The notes: a model not told the origin generated them from the sequence alone. DNA of 61,945 nt from Gnetum montanum (GCA_015680685.1 MNCI01003447.1:1-61945); one strand, 5' to 3'; counted from the stretch's first letter, positions 28,315 to 42,700 are shown. Numbers and translations: made by a program.

Positions 28315-29781
28315 AGTAAGATTGAGGATGGCAAAAGAGGTAAATTAGTTTGTAGTAGGTCGAAAATCAAGAAGGAAGCAGCAAGGTATTTTATATGTTT
28401 TATGTATTTTATATTTTTTTTGTTGCTTATGTTTCTTCATGTATTTTTTGATAGTGCAATCTAGGATGAAAAATGAACCAATCCAAGATGCACAAATTTC
28501 AAGAGAAGATGCTTAAACTACATAGACTAAAGGTGCTCAAGGTGACCTTTGGTAGGGTTTTACCACAATAACAAATCTCACTTACTAGCTCCAAGGTATA
28601 TATATAAACATACATGCATACAATAAGTTCTTTTTATAGAGGTAACATAGTGGGCAAAGTTCTGGCAGCCCAGTAGTTCGACAAAAAACGCAACAAAAAA
28701 CTCAACAACAAGCTCAACAATAATCTCAACCATAAAGTATAAGATAGGATAAGGGAAAAGAACTAGAGATAAGTTTTAATTATTTTAAGGTTTGAATACT
28801 TTCCTTTCCCTCATCTTATATGATGTTGATCATTTTTGTGTTACAGATGTCTCTTGGTTAGAGGTACTTTATCCAAGGAATGGAGAGAGATGATGTAGGC
28901 ACCAATTCTGAANGATGTCTCATGGTTAGAGGTACTTTATCCAAGGAATGGAGAGAGATGATGTAGGCACCAATTCTGAACAAACTTCCATTTTTTCATC
29001 TCTCATTTTTCTATCTAGATCATTGGGCATGCCTTTTTTTTGTGATGCCTATAAGAGATTCCTATCCATACGAAGCATTGACACTAACTCCTAAGTATAT
29101 TCTAGTAATTCCTTCTTTGTCTATCTTAGGTTCTTCTTATTCGATGGATAGACAATGGTGGCTATCGAAGAAGAACTTGTGCTTCTTCGACATATTGGTT
29201 AATGAGTTTATGATAACAAACCTTATTCTATTTATAAGAATGTCTACCACTCATGGGAGTCTTAGTCATGTAACTTTAAGGAAGATTATGAATTGATATA
29301 AGCTAAAGTTCCATCATCTTTGCATCTAATTCCTTAGGATGCTCCAGAAGTTGTCAAAGATTTAGAACAACTCTTAGGAGAATTGGAGAGTGCTACATGC
29401 TTGGATCCCCATTTAGAGACTTGCAAATGATTTTTTCAAATTTAGAACAATTAGCTTTAGGTAAATAGTTCTTATTATTTTCTTTTTCATTTTTCTCTTT
29501 TTATTCATAACTCATAATTTTAGTCTTGTTTGTGTAGAGAAAAGAAAAGGGATTGGAAAAAAGACATGGATGATCGATCGATTCAAATAACAATGCTTAA
29601 GACCCAACTCAAAAGAAAGGATGAATCAGTAGTTGCAACAAGAAGTGATACTAAGTACATCAAGAAATTGTGCAACAAGATGGTGGGATGCAAGATGGTG
29701 CTTAGCAAGAATGATGCCACTGATGAAGAATGAGAAGCATAATTGAAGATAGTCTATGATCTCCTCAACTTATTCCATTGA
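28315..29781 (+). pseudogene. Decayed multi-exon gene remnant ending in a coiled-coil-like exon (probable transposon cargo)
   Basis: Exon-like blocks alternate with T-rich GT..AG introns (CAAG|GTATTT, CAAG|GTATAT, TTACAG|ATG, TTAG|GTAAAT, GTGTAG|AGA). The last exon reads EKKRDWKKDMDDRSIQITMLKTQLKRKDE. Confidence 0.45.
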
Positions 29782-30499
29782 AACAAATGATCACTTTCCT
29801 TATTCCTTTTACTCCACATATTTTTGATTCTTGTATTTTTCTTGTTCCTTTACATATATTCTACTTGGATGTACTTTTTTTACATAATAATAAAAAAAAA
29901 TATTTTTCTTTTACTTGGCTACTAAGTCATGGTTTTCTCCAATACCAAATATAGCATCCCATTCTTGGATGTCATAAAAACATGTTCATTCATCACTTAA
30001 TTCTTTGCATTCACCACATTCATAAGAATTATAATGAAAACATCATAAAATACTTAGTAAATAAATCAACTGGTAAATGAATAACTAGCACTTAGAATAG
30101 GAAGGAAAAATAGAAAAATTTTATTAACAAGAGAGAGTATTGTAATGCTCCCTAGGTTATATTCCCATGCCACTTAATCCTTAGAGGCAATCTAACATTG
30201 CCACCACGGTTAGGTTGTCTAGTTGAAGGGGTGTTTAGTCCCTTCTCGTTCTACTTCATCTAACTCCCATTATTGACCTTTCTAGGCTCTACAACTCCAT
30301 GCTGACACGACCTCTAAACCCAAATTTAAATGGCATAATTCAAACCTATTCCTAAGAGATACATGAATAATTGTAACTCCTCATAATGAGGTACCCTTTC
30401 ATTTGAAGGCTAATTACATTGTTACAATTTGTTTTTACCTTTAGCAAAGAACAAGACATTACAATTACAGACATAACTTAGTTCAAATTCTCCAGTCTT

Positions 30500-32000
30500 T
30501 CTCTTTACCTTGACCATTTCTAAAACTTTCTTTAATAACTTTCCATTTGTAGTATTTGATATATACTAATGTTTACTTTTACATGCTTAAGGTCCTCTAT
30601 TAAATCATATTCTTCATTGTCATAAAAGCCTAATTTTCAAAACCATTTACTAAATGATTAGTTTTGAGGATTTTTCTCTATTCGTGTATCCTTTTCCTTT
30701 CTCTGTTCTTTCTCATTCAATTCCAAAGTATTTCTTTTGACGAAAGGATCAATATTGACATTTGGAGGCCTAGAGGTGGTTAATTTTTCTTTTAATCTTA
30801 ACTTTTATTTAAATCCATCATTGTTGTTGTACTTCTCATCTAAAGACAAATCTTCTTTTGAACTTGCTAAGAAGGGACTATCACTTGACTTACTTTCAAA
30901 ATATCTACTAACAAAATGAGTAATAGATGACTAACCATCAAATTCAATATCAAGAAAATTTGAAATAGATACATTATTATCATCTTCAAAATATACTAAT
31001 TTGGTGTCTATTTGATGCCTATGTTTCCTATGCTTCTTTTCTTCCTTTATCTTAAATTTATCTCATGCTTTCTCTAACTTGACTACCTTATTGAAAAATT
31101 CCTTCATTAGCTTTCCTTTCTCAAAATCTTCTTCACAATTTCCATTTTTTTGGTCTTGATCTTTGTTGATTACATGAGGAAATTCTTTAAACTAAGCTAA
31201 ATTTTGTACAGAGACCAATGATTTTTCTTTTCTTTTTTGTGTTCTAAAAATTTCTTTATTATATAAATTTAGTTTCTTTTCTAACTAGATAACCTCATTT
31301 AAATAATCATTTAAAGTTACCAAATTTGGATTCCTTTTGAGATAGATAGAAATATTGGCATTAATAGAATTCAAGTAAGTGTCTCTTAGTACTTCATTTG
31401 ATGCTATATTGTCTTTAAAATAATCCATAAATTCATTGGAATTTAATGTTAATTATCTAACTGAATTCTTAGTCTCTTTCTTGGCTTGTACTAACCCATA
31501 ATATAGCTATTGTTAGTATATTTAATTCTCGAACTGAGCTAAAAATAAATCTTTCATATCATCCCAACTATCTATGCTATTTTTTTTGACAAGTTAGAAT
31601 ATCAAATTTGAGCCATATCTTTCAAGTTTTTTACAGACAACCTATAAGCTTGATCATGATGTTAAATGTTTGCATGAGCTAAGGTTAATTCAAATAAATG
31701 AACATATTCTTTTTCCAAATAAGCTTTACAAGAATGAAAGGCTTAGGTAAATACTGATAAAATACCATGGGGATATTATTGTAATTTATGAATCTTAATG
31801 GTATGGCTTTTTTGCAAGGATTCACTAATGGTAGAATTTCCATTCTATTAAAATTCCTTCTAGTAGCTAAATTCTTAAGATTTTTCCTATTTACCTTCAG
31901 GATTGATAAGCAAGACAAAAGAGATAATCTTCTAGATTTTCTGGTTTTTACTTCAGTACTTGTCCTTGGTTCAAAAAACTTTTCTTGCTCTTTTTTTGAT
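30500..32000 (-). pseudogene. gag: Tat/Ogre-like gag remnant
   Basis: Retrotrans_gag-like NSIDSWDDMKDLFLAQF near 31560 and the pre-protease block YDLIEDLKHVKVNISIYQIL near 30590. Very AT-rich and interrupted; boundaries approximate. Confidence 0.65.
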
Positions 32001-33677
32001 CAATAATCAACCCTATAATTAGAGTACTCTATAGGACTTTTAAATTCTTCATATTTATAAAGTTGTTCATTCCTGGGCTAAGTAACAACTAATTTTTTCC
32101 CTCCTTCTAGCTCCAAAAAGAACTGTTGGTGACTACTTTGGAGCATCACTATTTCCTAATTATTTTCATATCAGCAAGAGACAAAGAGTGGGTAAAAGCT
32201 CTATTTAGTACCAACTTTGTCCTCTTCCTCATGATGAAAATCACAAGAATGATGGTTATTTGAAACTCAAGTTTAGGTGTTTTTTAGTCGATAGAAACAC
32301 CAAGGCTTGGATACCTCTAAATAAACTCATTGGTTATAGAGAAAACTATGTGTTTTGAGATCATTAAGTACTAATTTCACAATATTACATACTAAGAGTT
32401 AAAAAGATTAAAGTACTTTTATCAGAAGATTCATCTATCTTTACTTCATTTTGCAAGTGAGCAAAATTTGCTACTCTATCAAAGCTACCAAGTCTATGTG
32501 GAATTGCATAGAATTTTAAACATTGAAATGAGCAACTATTGACAAGAGTGAACACTTTCTAAAAATAATGCTATTTAGATTAGTCAACAATACCAAAAAT
32601 TGTTAAATCCTTTGGCTCAAACAAGTAATTTGTAATAGGCTACATTTAACATGAACAAGCATTTTAAAAACTAATGTTGTTTCAATTCAGTTAATAAATT
32701 CAAAATATTGCTAAACCTGGATCTATGCAAATGATTTAAAAAATTTCAAGAATAAGGTGTCAGACACAATACAACATTCACCACTAGCTAAGTAACTATG
32801 ATAAAGCAACAAAATAATAATTAACTCATAGGATAAAAGTAAATTAACTAAATCAAATTTGAAGATAGAATGCCATTATACTAAAAATTGCTCCTAGCTT
32901 TTCCAAAATTCTTCCCTCAATTTGTAGATCCATTTAAATAATTTTGATCTAGGCTTTATATAGTAGCCTCTAACAGCTGCAATCATTATAAAAGTTAAAG
33001 CACCATATTCTTCATGTTCTACTCATATAATTATAGGTTATTGGATAATTACCTAGTTTCCCAATAGATTTTCCTTATTCTTTGAATCTAGAGCCCTTCT
33101 ACTACTAATTGTTGAGCTAACCTCCCATGATCATATAGAACTTTAAAAGATTAATTCATGAATTTGGCTTAGCACTATCAAGCTTCTTGAATAATTCTTT
33201 AAGCACTTGTTTCTCTTACAATTGATTCAATTCTAGAATTCATTATTTTTATTAAAGAAAAGCCTATACTTGATTTGAATCTAAGCTTTTCTTTAGCAAT
33301 AGGAGCCATAATCCAAGTAACTATCATAGTAAATTCAAATGATCCTATTTGTACTAGTGTGTATTCACTTTCTATTATCTCTTCAATTCCTACTCCTATT
33401 TATTTTATTTGCACAAATATAGCTTGTTTTCCTCATCATGGCTCTGTGCTTTAATGACAACTTCATACTCTCTTCTCTAAGCTTTGATGGTGGTTCTATG
33501 CTTTAGTGATAACTCTATGATACTCTTAGCTCTATTCCAATTTCTATCTCTATTTGTACCTTTTTTCTTGGCATGAAATTCACATCAATGTTAGCTATAG
33601 AGCCATTTTTAAATCTTTTCATAGAGCTATTTCATTATACTAGAGATTTGATGTAAGAGAATGATTATAGGACTTCT

Positions 33678-35413
33678 TTGTAGAGTTAAAATTCAGTTCT
33701 ACATGCTACACCTCACACCTCACTGAGCTAGATTAAAAGTAGAATGTGCATGTGTGTGATATATAATCCTTTGTAAGCTAGTGGAATGCCCTAATGTGGC
33801 TTATATAATTCTTTTGTAGAGTCAATTTTTTGCTCCACAAATTGGTATTATACTATTCTTCATAATTGATGACATGACATATGCTGATGTGGTACAGTGT
33901 GCTCATAGAATGGAATTCTAGCTTTACAAACTAGCTTTACAAGTTGACTTAGTGCAACATTGGCATGGAAAAACATGCTAATATCTGCTAATGTGGTAGG
34001 TGAAACTATCTAGATGATGTTTTACCATCTAGATGAAAATATGCCTAGCTTTGATTTCCATTTGAGTTATCATTGCATGTAAGGCTTATCTAGAGACAAT
34101 TTTCACATAGATGAAAATTTATCTTGAATCTAGATGCTAACATTGTAGAATGATGATCTGAAAAAGTGTGTTGTTCTCTATTGATGCAATGAATTAAGCT
34201 TCTCATTTCTCACAAACATGAGAATCTTCATCAAGATGTTGACATGACACATGCTTATGTGACATTGCTAATGTGGCAGATGAAGTGTGTTGGCTATAGA
34301 TGAGAAAATGAGACTCATCTAGATGTTGTTATGGTAGATGAAGCTTTCCACTTCTCATGTTCTTATAAATCTTCATCTATATGATGATGTGGCCATGCAT
34401 TTGGAGCTATGCTAATGTAACAGAGGTTAACATGGCAAGGCTCACTTGTAGAGTGGAAATTTGGTTCTACGAATTGGCTCTTTCAATGAGCTTATGTAGA
34501 GAGGTATATTTTTAGAGCTAACATGGCTTATAAAACCATCTTGTAGAGTTTTTTTTGGTTCTATGAACTCACTCTTTATAATCACTAACATGGTAGAATG
34601 TTAACATTTCTAGTAGAGCTTCTTCATAGGATTAGATTTTAGCTCTATGAATCTCCTATATTAGCTAAGTGGTAGAACCATCATGTAGAGTCATTTTTTA
34701 GTTCTATGAGCTTCCTCTAGTTGATAGCATATCAAAAATTATTTTAGCTACTTTGTAGAGCCAAATTTTAACTCTACAAGCAACGTTCTTCCTCTAGCAC
34801 TAATGTGGTAAAATGGAAAAGAGCTTTTCTTGTAAGGATGAATTTTAACTCTAAGAACATTGCTCATTATCCCAAAGTTGACTTGGCAGATGAAACTATC
34901 TAGAGTGAAGTTCATCATCTAGATGAAAATGCTCCCAGCTTACATTCCTACTTAACCCATAGGTGAATGTGGCATTTCTGATGTGTCAGGTGATAATGTG
35001 GTAGAGCTTGCTTATAGAACAGAAATTTGGTTTAACAAACTCTATCTATGAGTTGACATGGTAGTTCTGACAAGTTATATGCTGACATACTAGAGCACTC
35101 TCATAGAATAGAAATTTGGTTCTACAAACTAGCTCTATGAGTGAGATAACCTTGCATAAGATGACATTGTAATAGAGTTTCTTCATAAAACTATTTTTTG
35201 GTTCTATGAATGTAAGCTAACTCGAGAGCTTCTATGAAAAAGCTACTTTGTAGAACGACTTTTAAGCCCCATGAAAGATGATGTGGTAGAACTACTTTGT
35301 AGAGTTACATTTTGGCTCTACAAGTAATGCTTTCCATTTAGCACTGATGTGGTAGGAAGTGAATAATTTATTTCTTGAAGGGTCATTTCACAAAGATACT
35401 TTCTAGCTCTACA
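33678..35413. repeat. Dispersed array of about 27-bp imperfect palindromes (TYRTAGAR-N11-YTCTAYRA)
   Basis: About 15 units, e.g. TTGTAGAGCCAAATTTTAACTCTACAA (about 34752) and TTGTAGAGTTACATTTTGGCTCTACAA (about 35297), with irregular spacers. Confidence 0.7.
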
Positions 35414-38055
35414 AATCTTTGCCATGAAGCTGACACATGGAAAAACTAAAAAGGATGTTTCTTATAAAGCCATTTTCCAACCTTGTGACCTTTCTTAGTA
35501 GAGCTAATTTGATAGGGCCATCTTCCATGCTCTTTGTTGGATACGAGTTGATATGTTCACATACTTTAACTAATCCCTTTTGAATTTAGTTTGAGCTCCT
35601 TTATCCTAAAATGAGGATTTCCCTTAAAACTTAAATATTTTTTCTAATGCTAGCCCTTTTCTAAGATAAAAGTTTTCATTAAGCTCTATGAATCAATTAG
35701 CTAATGCTCTCTAGAGAATAGAAAAAATGCGTATTAGAGCCAAATTGTGAATATTATTGAATTCAAACTAAAAAACCTAGCTTCATGAATAGGCTCTATT
35801 TAGGACTTTATTTAATGCAACAAATCTTAGTCTAGCGTGAGTAAATCAAATCTTGATGTTCCATGAGCTCTTTTACATTGTAATAACCTAAAAATTATTT
35901 TTGTGCTTGCATATGCCCTTTCAATCCATGAGCTTTTACTTTTAATCTTAAATTCTGCACTTCATTCAAACTACAACTCTTACCAAACTTGGATTTAAGC
36001 TTTATGAACTTAAAATCATAATTAGAACCTAGTATTTTCATTCAATTAATTATAAGCCTTGAATTATTATAAAATATAAGGTACCTTTCTTATTGACATA
36101 TTAAGCTTATAAAAAACTAAAAACTTTTAGCCTTGATCCATTTATGGTCAAAATGTATCAATATTAAGAATCCTTCTTTTTGAGGAAAGGTTCTTCTAAT
36201 ACCAGCATGTGTCATCCTTCTACACATTTGAAAAAGACTTTTATAGCTAGTTCTTCTTCTTTGATGATGCCATGATGAAGAGCTACCATAGGTGGCCAAT
36301 CCTTATGTTCAACAACCTACCAATTAATAGCTCTATAATGGCATATGTGATGTCACTGACTAAGAAGGTTCATGAAGAAGCTAAAGCCTTCTTGAATGTT
36401 AAAAAAAACTAACATACTTTCTCCTCATAATAAGCCTCACTACTAGTAACAATGAACTCTAGTTTATGAACCTAGAGTTATGTTTCTACTGAAGAGTCCA
36501 CAATCTTCATAAGAGTCTTCAAGTTCCTAGGTGTTGCAACTAAAGAAATTGATAACTAGAAAATTGAAAGATCTAGCATAGCAACCTCAACCCCAAATCC
36601 CTAGAGCATTTGAAATATGGAATTCAAGGTGCCCTAGATGGTTTAGAAAATCACCTAGGGACTTACAAAATGCAAAATAAGAGATTGAGAAAATAAAATG
36701 CAAAAATTATGGATCTAGAAAGCAAAAAGCAAATGCAAATTTTACACAAAATGAAACTTTAACTTTATTTAAAACAATAAAGAATGAGTTCCATAGATGT
36801 GTACAAGAGTTACCCATTTCAAAACCCATTGAAGCCAATGTGATCTACTCCACGATCAAGGTGTTGGGCCACTTCTAATGCTTTTGAACCTCCTCTACTA
36901 TAAACTACAGATCTGCAACATGGTTACTACTAGGGGTGAGATGAGTGGGAAAGTTGGCTATCAAACTACTCCACACTAGAGGTTGGGGATCCTAGAAAAG
37001 TAGCATTGAAACAAAAAATGCACAAGCCTCAGGGGGGTAAAAAAAGGGGTAATAGGGTTGTAGAGGTTCCATGTTGAGTGGCTTTAAGAAGCTATGTTTT
37101 GCAAGTGTGCAAGAGCTCTTGGAAGCCAAACTTGCTATGTGCTAAAAACTGCCAAAGTGTGCAACCTCAAATGGATGTTGGTGTTTTTATTTTACAAGTT
37201 TAGGACCATAATTTTTAGTGTAAATTGGTTGATATATTGGCTGAAAATTGTTGCAAATTTCTTCTATGTACAAGTGAGATGGGTGCCCAAATTTGGGGGT
37301 TTACTATGTATAGTAAGTGCTAAACCCCAATGGTCATTTAGTTTACTATAAATAGTAATGGGGGCATACCTTCTATGTTGGAGGCAGATCTTCTCCACTA
37401 GGCCTTCAATCTTCCATGTTGAAGTGGTTGGTCAACTTTGAAGTCATTAGAGTGTTGAAATCTTGCTCATGTTGATTCCATGTTAGAGGCATGCAGTTTC
37501 TATGTTGGGTATGGAGCCTCCATGCTAGGGGGGAAGTTTCCATGTTGAGGGGGAAGCTTCCACCCCTCCACACTAGAGGTAGGTGAGATTTACCTCCCCT
37601 GCAAGTGTTTCTAGTATAGAAAAGTGTATACCCCCATAAAACCCATCAAATTGCCATTTTTGGCATTCCAAAAGTTATTTTTGAATCTCCAAGCCCAAAT
37701 ATAGATACTAGGTGACTTTTTTCACTTGGAGAATGAGGCTTTAATTAGTTATGAGGCATTTTTCAGCCTCAAAAGTATGAAATATGTGAGATTACCCACA
37801 ATGGATTATAATCTTCACATTTACACATACAATTGGTCATAATCTTTAGGTTTCATGGGGTGAAGGCTACATGATGAAAATTGGCCTTGACATACAATTG
37901 TTCATTGGTGTTTTAATGGCCCCTCTTTGTTGGTATTTAGAGGATTGACCCAAGAGGCACCAAAAAAGAACGCAAACAACCACTGCAAGTCCACCACTAA
38001 TGTTCCCTTTCTATGCTTGATCTAGTCATGTTAAACCATGCCAAAGAGTGCTTGT

Positions 38056-39506
38056 TGAAACACCGTGAAAATTTCAAGGCCTCAGCGGTTCAGCAAAAGG
38101 CTAGTGATTCAGGAAAATGGTCGCAACAAGGCACGGTGTAGCAAGTTCCTTTTCAGTTGAAGGTCTATCCTGCCCTGCTGTGCAGCATAGCACAAGCAAA
38201 TTCCAGAGGATGGAGCAAAGTGATGGATGCACGACGCAAAACTCCCAACTTCGCAAGTTATCTATTTCGAAAATCTTAACTTTTGGCAAATTACGTTGTA
38301 TTACGATGCAAAGCGTAATATCACATTGTGCAGCGTAATATCAAAGACAGTCCACCACAACATCAAGGATGGAAAACACGCAAGACTTTGATAGCCCAGT
38401 AAAAATCTCAAGGACTAACCAATAGTCTACAGTTTGACGCGCATTTCAGCGAGTTTTCTTTCCTGGTTAAGGGGCCCATTACACTGCTTTATGCAATGCA
38501 GCATGGTAAAAACCCTGAGAAAGATAGAAACAGAGGAAGCGTGGAAACAACACTTCAACTTTTGCAATTTCATTATTTTATGCTGAATTACGCTACGATG
38601 CGTAATTTAGTGTAATGCAGCGTAATTCGAGTAACGACATGCAAATCAGACATTAGTAGTTCATACGCCACAATACGCTCTCTAGCGTATTACAGCGTAA
38701 TCAAAGGACAGTCTGTTGTCAAAGCTCACACAAGGGTCGTTTACGATGCGTTACATAGCATAGCGTCGTAAGCTTTAACAAAAACACATTAAGTCAATGG
38801 CACTTTATGAGGTCAAGACACATGTCACTTAAACCACATTTTTCTCCTGACCCTGACCTTATAAATGCTCTAGTTGACAAAGATAGGGGGCTTGCAAAAA
38901 TTTTTCTTTCAAGGTTGGCAAGAGAGCAAAAGAGAATCAGTGATCGTGAGAATTTTAGAGGTGATTGATAAGAATTCTTGATCAGAAACAACTAGCTACC
39001 AGATATTCTCCCAAGGGTCTAACTTCCTTGCACCCAAATTCGCTAGATCAAGGTAGATTGATCTTTGCTTATTTCATCTTTACATCATTTTCTCATTACT
39101 GGCATATGCTTCGTCCAAACCAAAGCCCACCTGAAGCCATTGTATCAAACATATTGTTTTTTTATAAATTAAATCCCAGATCTCATGATCGTATTATTTA
39201 CCAAATTTGATCTCCTGCATCCTAGTTAGACGAATTTGGCAATCTTATCTAAATTGTTTGTATTATCTTCAATTGCTTTCGAGATTAAAAATATTGCATC
39301 ACATTATAAAGAATCTTTATTTCGTCATCAAAATACTACAAAACCTTTTACTAATTAAATAAGTCCCTGTCTGATCAGCAAGATCGTTCAGGGCACCCCA
39401 AATTTTTTTTTCTCTCCAGCACGGTCCTCGCATGGATCCAGGGTTAGAACTGTGTATGTGAACTTTCGTTCGGTATTTCCAGCGATTGACATTTTTTGTC
39501 GTTATA
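38056..39506 (+). repeat. 5' LTR of element C
   Basis: TGAAACAC...GTTATA (terminal CA mutated to TA); direct repeat of 54254-55709; TATAAA near 38860. Confidence 0.93.
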
Positions 39507-39512
39507 GTTTTC

Positions 39513-39529
39513 TGGCGCTAGAAGGAGGG
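39513..39529 (+). other. tRNA-Asn primer binding site
   Basis: TGGCGCTAGAAGGAGGG is complementary to the plant cytosolic tRNA-Asn(GUU) 3' end CCCUCCUUCUAGCG-CCA (recalled sequence). Confidence 0.85.
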
Positions 39530-39756
39530 TCACATATCCAATCCATATTTTACAGGTAGCCTTGTAAGCTAACTGTACCCATTGTCAATCAACATAAACG
39601 TAATACCTCCGAGGTTGTTTACGAAATTGTGCAGTGCAGATTAGTTGCATCGACGATTCCTTTGGAATCTTATGAGATAGAAAGCCTCGATTGTTACTTT
39701 GCCTTTGTCCTTCCAATCTCCACTTTTATTGTCATTATCTTCAAATCACATAAAAA

Positions 39757-42700
39757 ATGACTACTTTAACTACTGTCGTCAACACCGCTAGTCTTGAAAA
39801 CCCTTGGACCATGCAAGTCATGCCTCCCATGGTCGAGCAACCACTTAGTTCGGTGCAACCACACCGCTCCCTCAGGCTACAAAACAAAGAGGCTGAGGGA
39901 CAAGCTCAATGGAGGGAAAGCTAAAATTTCCTCTATGCTAAGTTAGTGACAAACCTACCTATGTACCCACAAGAGCTCGAGGAAAAACGAGAGTACGAGC
40001 TCATGTACTGCAATGGGAAAGAACTCATTCCTACGCCTACCACTTTCATACCTTTGATAGATCAACAAAGGTGGATCCTAGATCAAATATTAATGGCACA
40101 GACATCACCAAAAGAACTAAAGTCTTTGTTCCATAATGAAACGCTTCACGATGGATAAGATGATCTAGAATCCCACTTTGAGGGAGGCAGTCATGCCGAT
40201 TTCACCANCAGAATCCCACTCTGAGGGAGGCAGTCATGCCGATTTCACCATGGCCCCTCCCTCCACAACATCTCGTGTAAACCCGTTGTTCATGGTCACC
40301 ACACCTTTGACATTATCTAACACTGATCGAGTTCCACATTCACCACATTTACATTTTCTCTCACTTACTATCTTCCCAGGTGAAGGTCCATCACAGATTA
40401 TTCCTCAGCAGGTGCGATTGCCTAAATCGCCACATCATGTGCCCGCGCCTGTGCCACCGCATGTGCATGCAATACCCGCAACGCCAACTACGCTCCCCCT
40501 TCACATGACAAGGCGTACCACCACAGCATGGTGGGCTCCCAACATATCTCTTGTTGCGCATTCTGCGCAAATGCACCACCATCCCCACCTTCAGGGACAC
40601 GTCCCGCAAGCGCTAAACCTAGTTACAGGGCCATTGCCTGTGCCTTCGGCTACACAGACAACGTATCCAATAGCGCAGCCGATGGTGGTTCCCCCAGCTG
40701 CACCAACCACCAGATGGTGGATGCCACAAGCAACACTGCCTGCAGGGACTATCCCGCCAACCATCGACCAAGATGTTGCCCCTGTGTTGCCACCCAATAT
40801 GGCTCCCCCTTCCACCCCACAAATGACATCGTCGTGTATGGGTCTGGACCAAGATTTCTAGCTAATTTAGACCCTTACAAAGGAGGTCAGGCATCTCAAG
40901 GCTGCTAGCTCTAACAAGGTACAAGTCATGGATTTCTACCATGACGATCCTATTAGCCCAGCAGTCCCAATCTTGTCGTTGCCACCTGGGATGCTCCTTT
41001 CCCATTTCACAAAATACAATGGGGAAGGTGATCCCAACGCCCACCTCATCACTTTTAGGTCAGAGTCCATATTGCTTCAACAATGGCCACATACCATAAT
41101 CCATGTATTTGCTATGTCCTTAATGAGTAAAGCTTTGGATTGGTATCGAGCACTTCCATGCACTTCCATTTCAACTTTGGAAGAGCTATTAACCCAATTT
41201 GTGACTCGCTTCAAATACAACCTGAAGTCAGAAGTCACACTAGACCAGCTCATGGGAGTTAAGAAAGATTTGCTCGAGTTAGTCCAAAAGTTCATACAGT
41301 AGTGGAGTGCAACCTTGAACAAAATCTATGAACCCATCGTGGAGGCCCATCTACCGGCAATCAAGGGAGCAGTCAACGACTTTATCAAGTCTAAGCTGTA
41401 TTACCTCATCCCCCATTCCCTAAGCCAATCCTTTACTTAGACTAAGAGCATCTAAGACACGGTGGAGGCTAGTAAAGATCCGGCATATGTGGCCTACAAA
41501 AACACCCATAGCAAGGGTAAGGACAAAGGCAAAGTCATGACGACTACAGTCACGGCGGTTGCTGAAGGAGCCAAGAAAGAGAACAGCAATGGAAAGAAAA
41601 CTATCGTGGAGCCAACTAAGCCAACAACCAGCTCAGGTGGCACCAATCAAGAAGCTACTTTTGCCCCTGAAACATCTCCACAATCAAGGTCAAAATTTGA
41701 GCGTAAGGACTGCTCAAATTACGTAACTCTACCTATGAAGCCTTCAGAACTTTTGAAGAAATTATTGGGAACTGGCCACATCCAACACAAGGCAGTGTTC
41801 GAGGAGGCTCTAAAATTTCACAGGTCCACTGTGAGTTACTCAAGAATCCCTCCTTGGCCCAACCTAATGAACCGCCTGTGCCCAAGAACTTTAAGCTAGA
41901 CCGATTCTGTGACTACCATCAATTGTGCAGTCATGACACAGACTACTGCTGGGCATTGAAGGATGACATCCAACATCTGATAGATCAAGGTGACTTGATC
42001 TTAGATAGCAGTAGCCTGACACACCCAGAAAACTAGGCCATGCATGTGTACCATGATCCGTTGAATGCAAACAATGCAGGGTACACAATCAACGTGGTAA
42101 GAATAGAGGGTGAGAATCAGGCACAGTCGAGACAATCTTTTGTATTACGAATGCAATCTCACTTGATCCAAGAAATAGGTCTGTCAGTGCCGACGAGTGG
42201 CACTCCAAGGCACCCTTTCATCCTTTGAACTGCATCTCAGAATGTTGCCCGATAGCCTGCAGTCGTTAAAGCCACGGCCTAGCCCGTGCCTACACCCAAG
42301 GCACCCTTAGTCATTAGAGTGCCAAAACTATCAACCGCCCCTCCTACGTAGGGGCAATCTTCCAAGTTAAACCGTCCTACTGTCACTGTTGATGCAACCA
42401 AGGGCCCTCTTATGTTGGGGTTACCCAAACCTCAACCCCTCACTTCTGCACCTTTCACCCCACTTGTCAAAAACAAAGAGGTTACATGAAAGCAATTATC
42501 TCCTCCAGGCCAAAGGAAGTGTAACCCTTGGCCAAATGTCACTCCTCCCCACGAAATTTGCCTCCTAGGGTGAATGGAAGAGGAAAGGGATGACAAACAA
42601 CTTGATCGTGGGCAAGATCTCTTTGATGCCCTAGCACAAGTCAAATAGGCTTTGAAACAAAAAAATACAACATTGAGCCTTTATGACTTGCTCATGACGT

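Noticed and set aside
30141-30426. Possible short solo LTR (TGTAA...TTACA)
   Set aside because: Flanks (AGTAT and ATTTG) do not form a target-site duplication and there is no second copy in the window.
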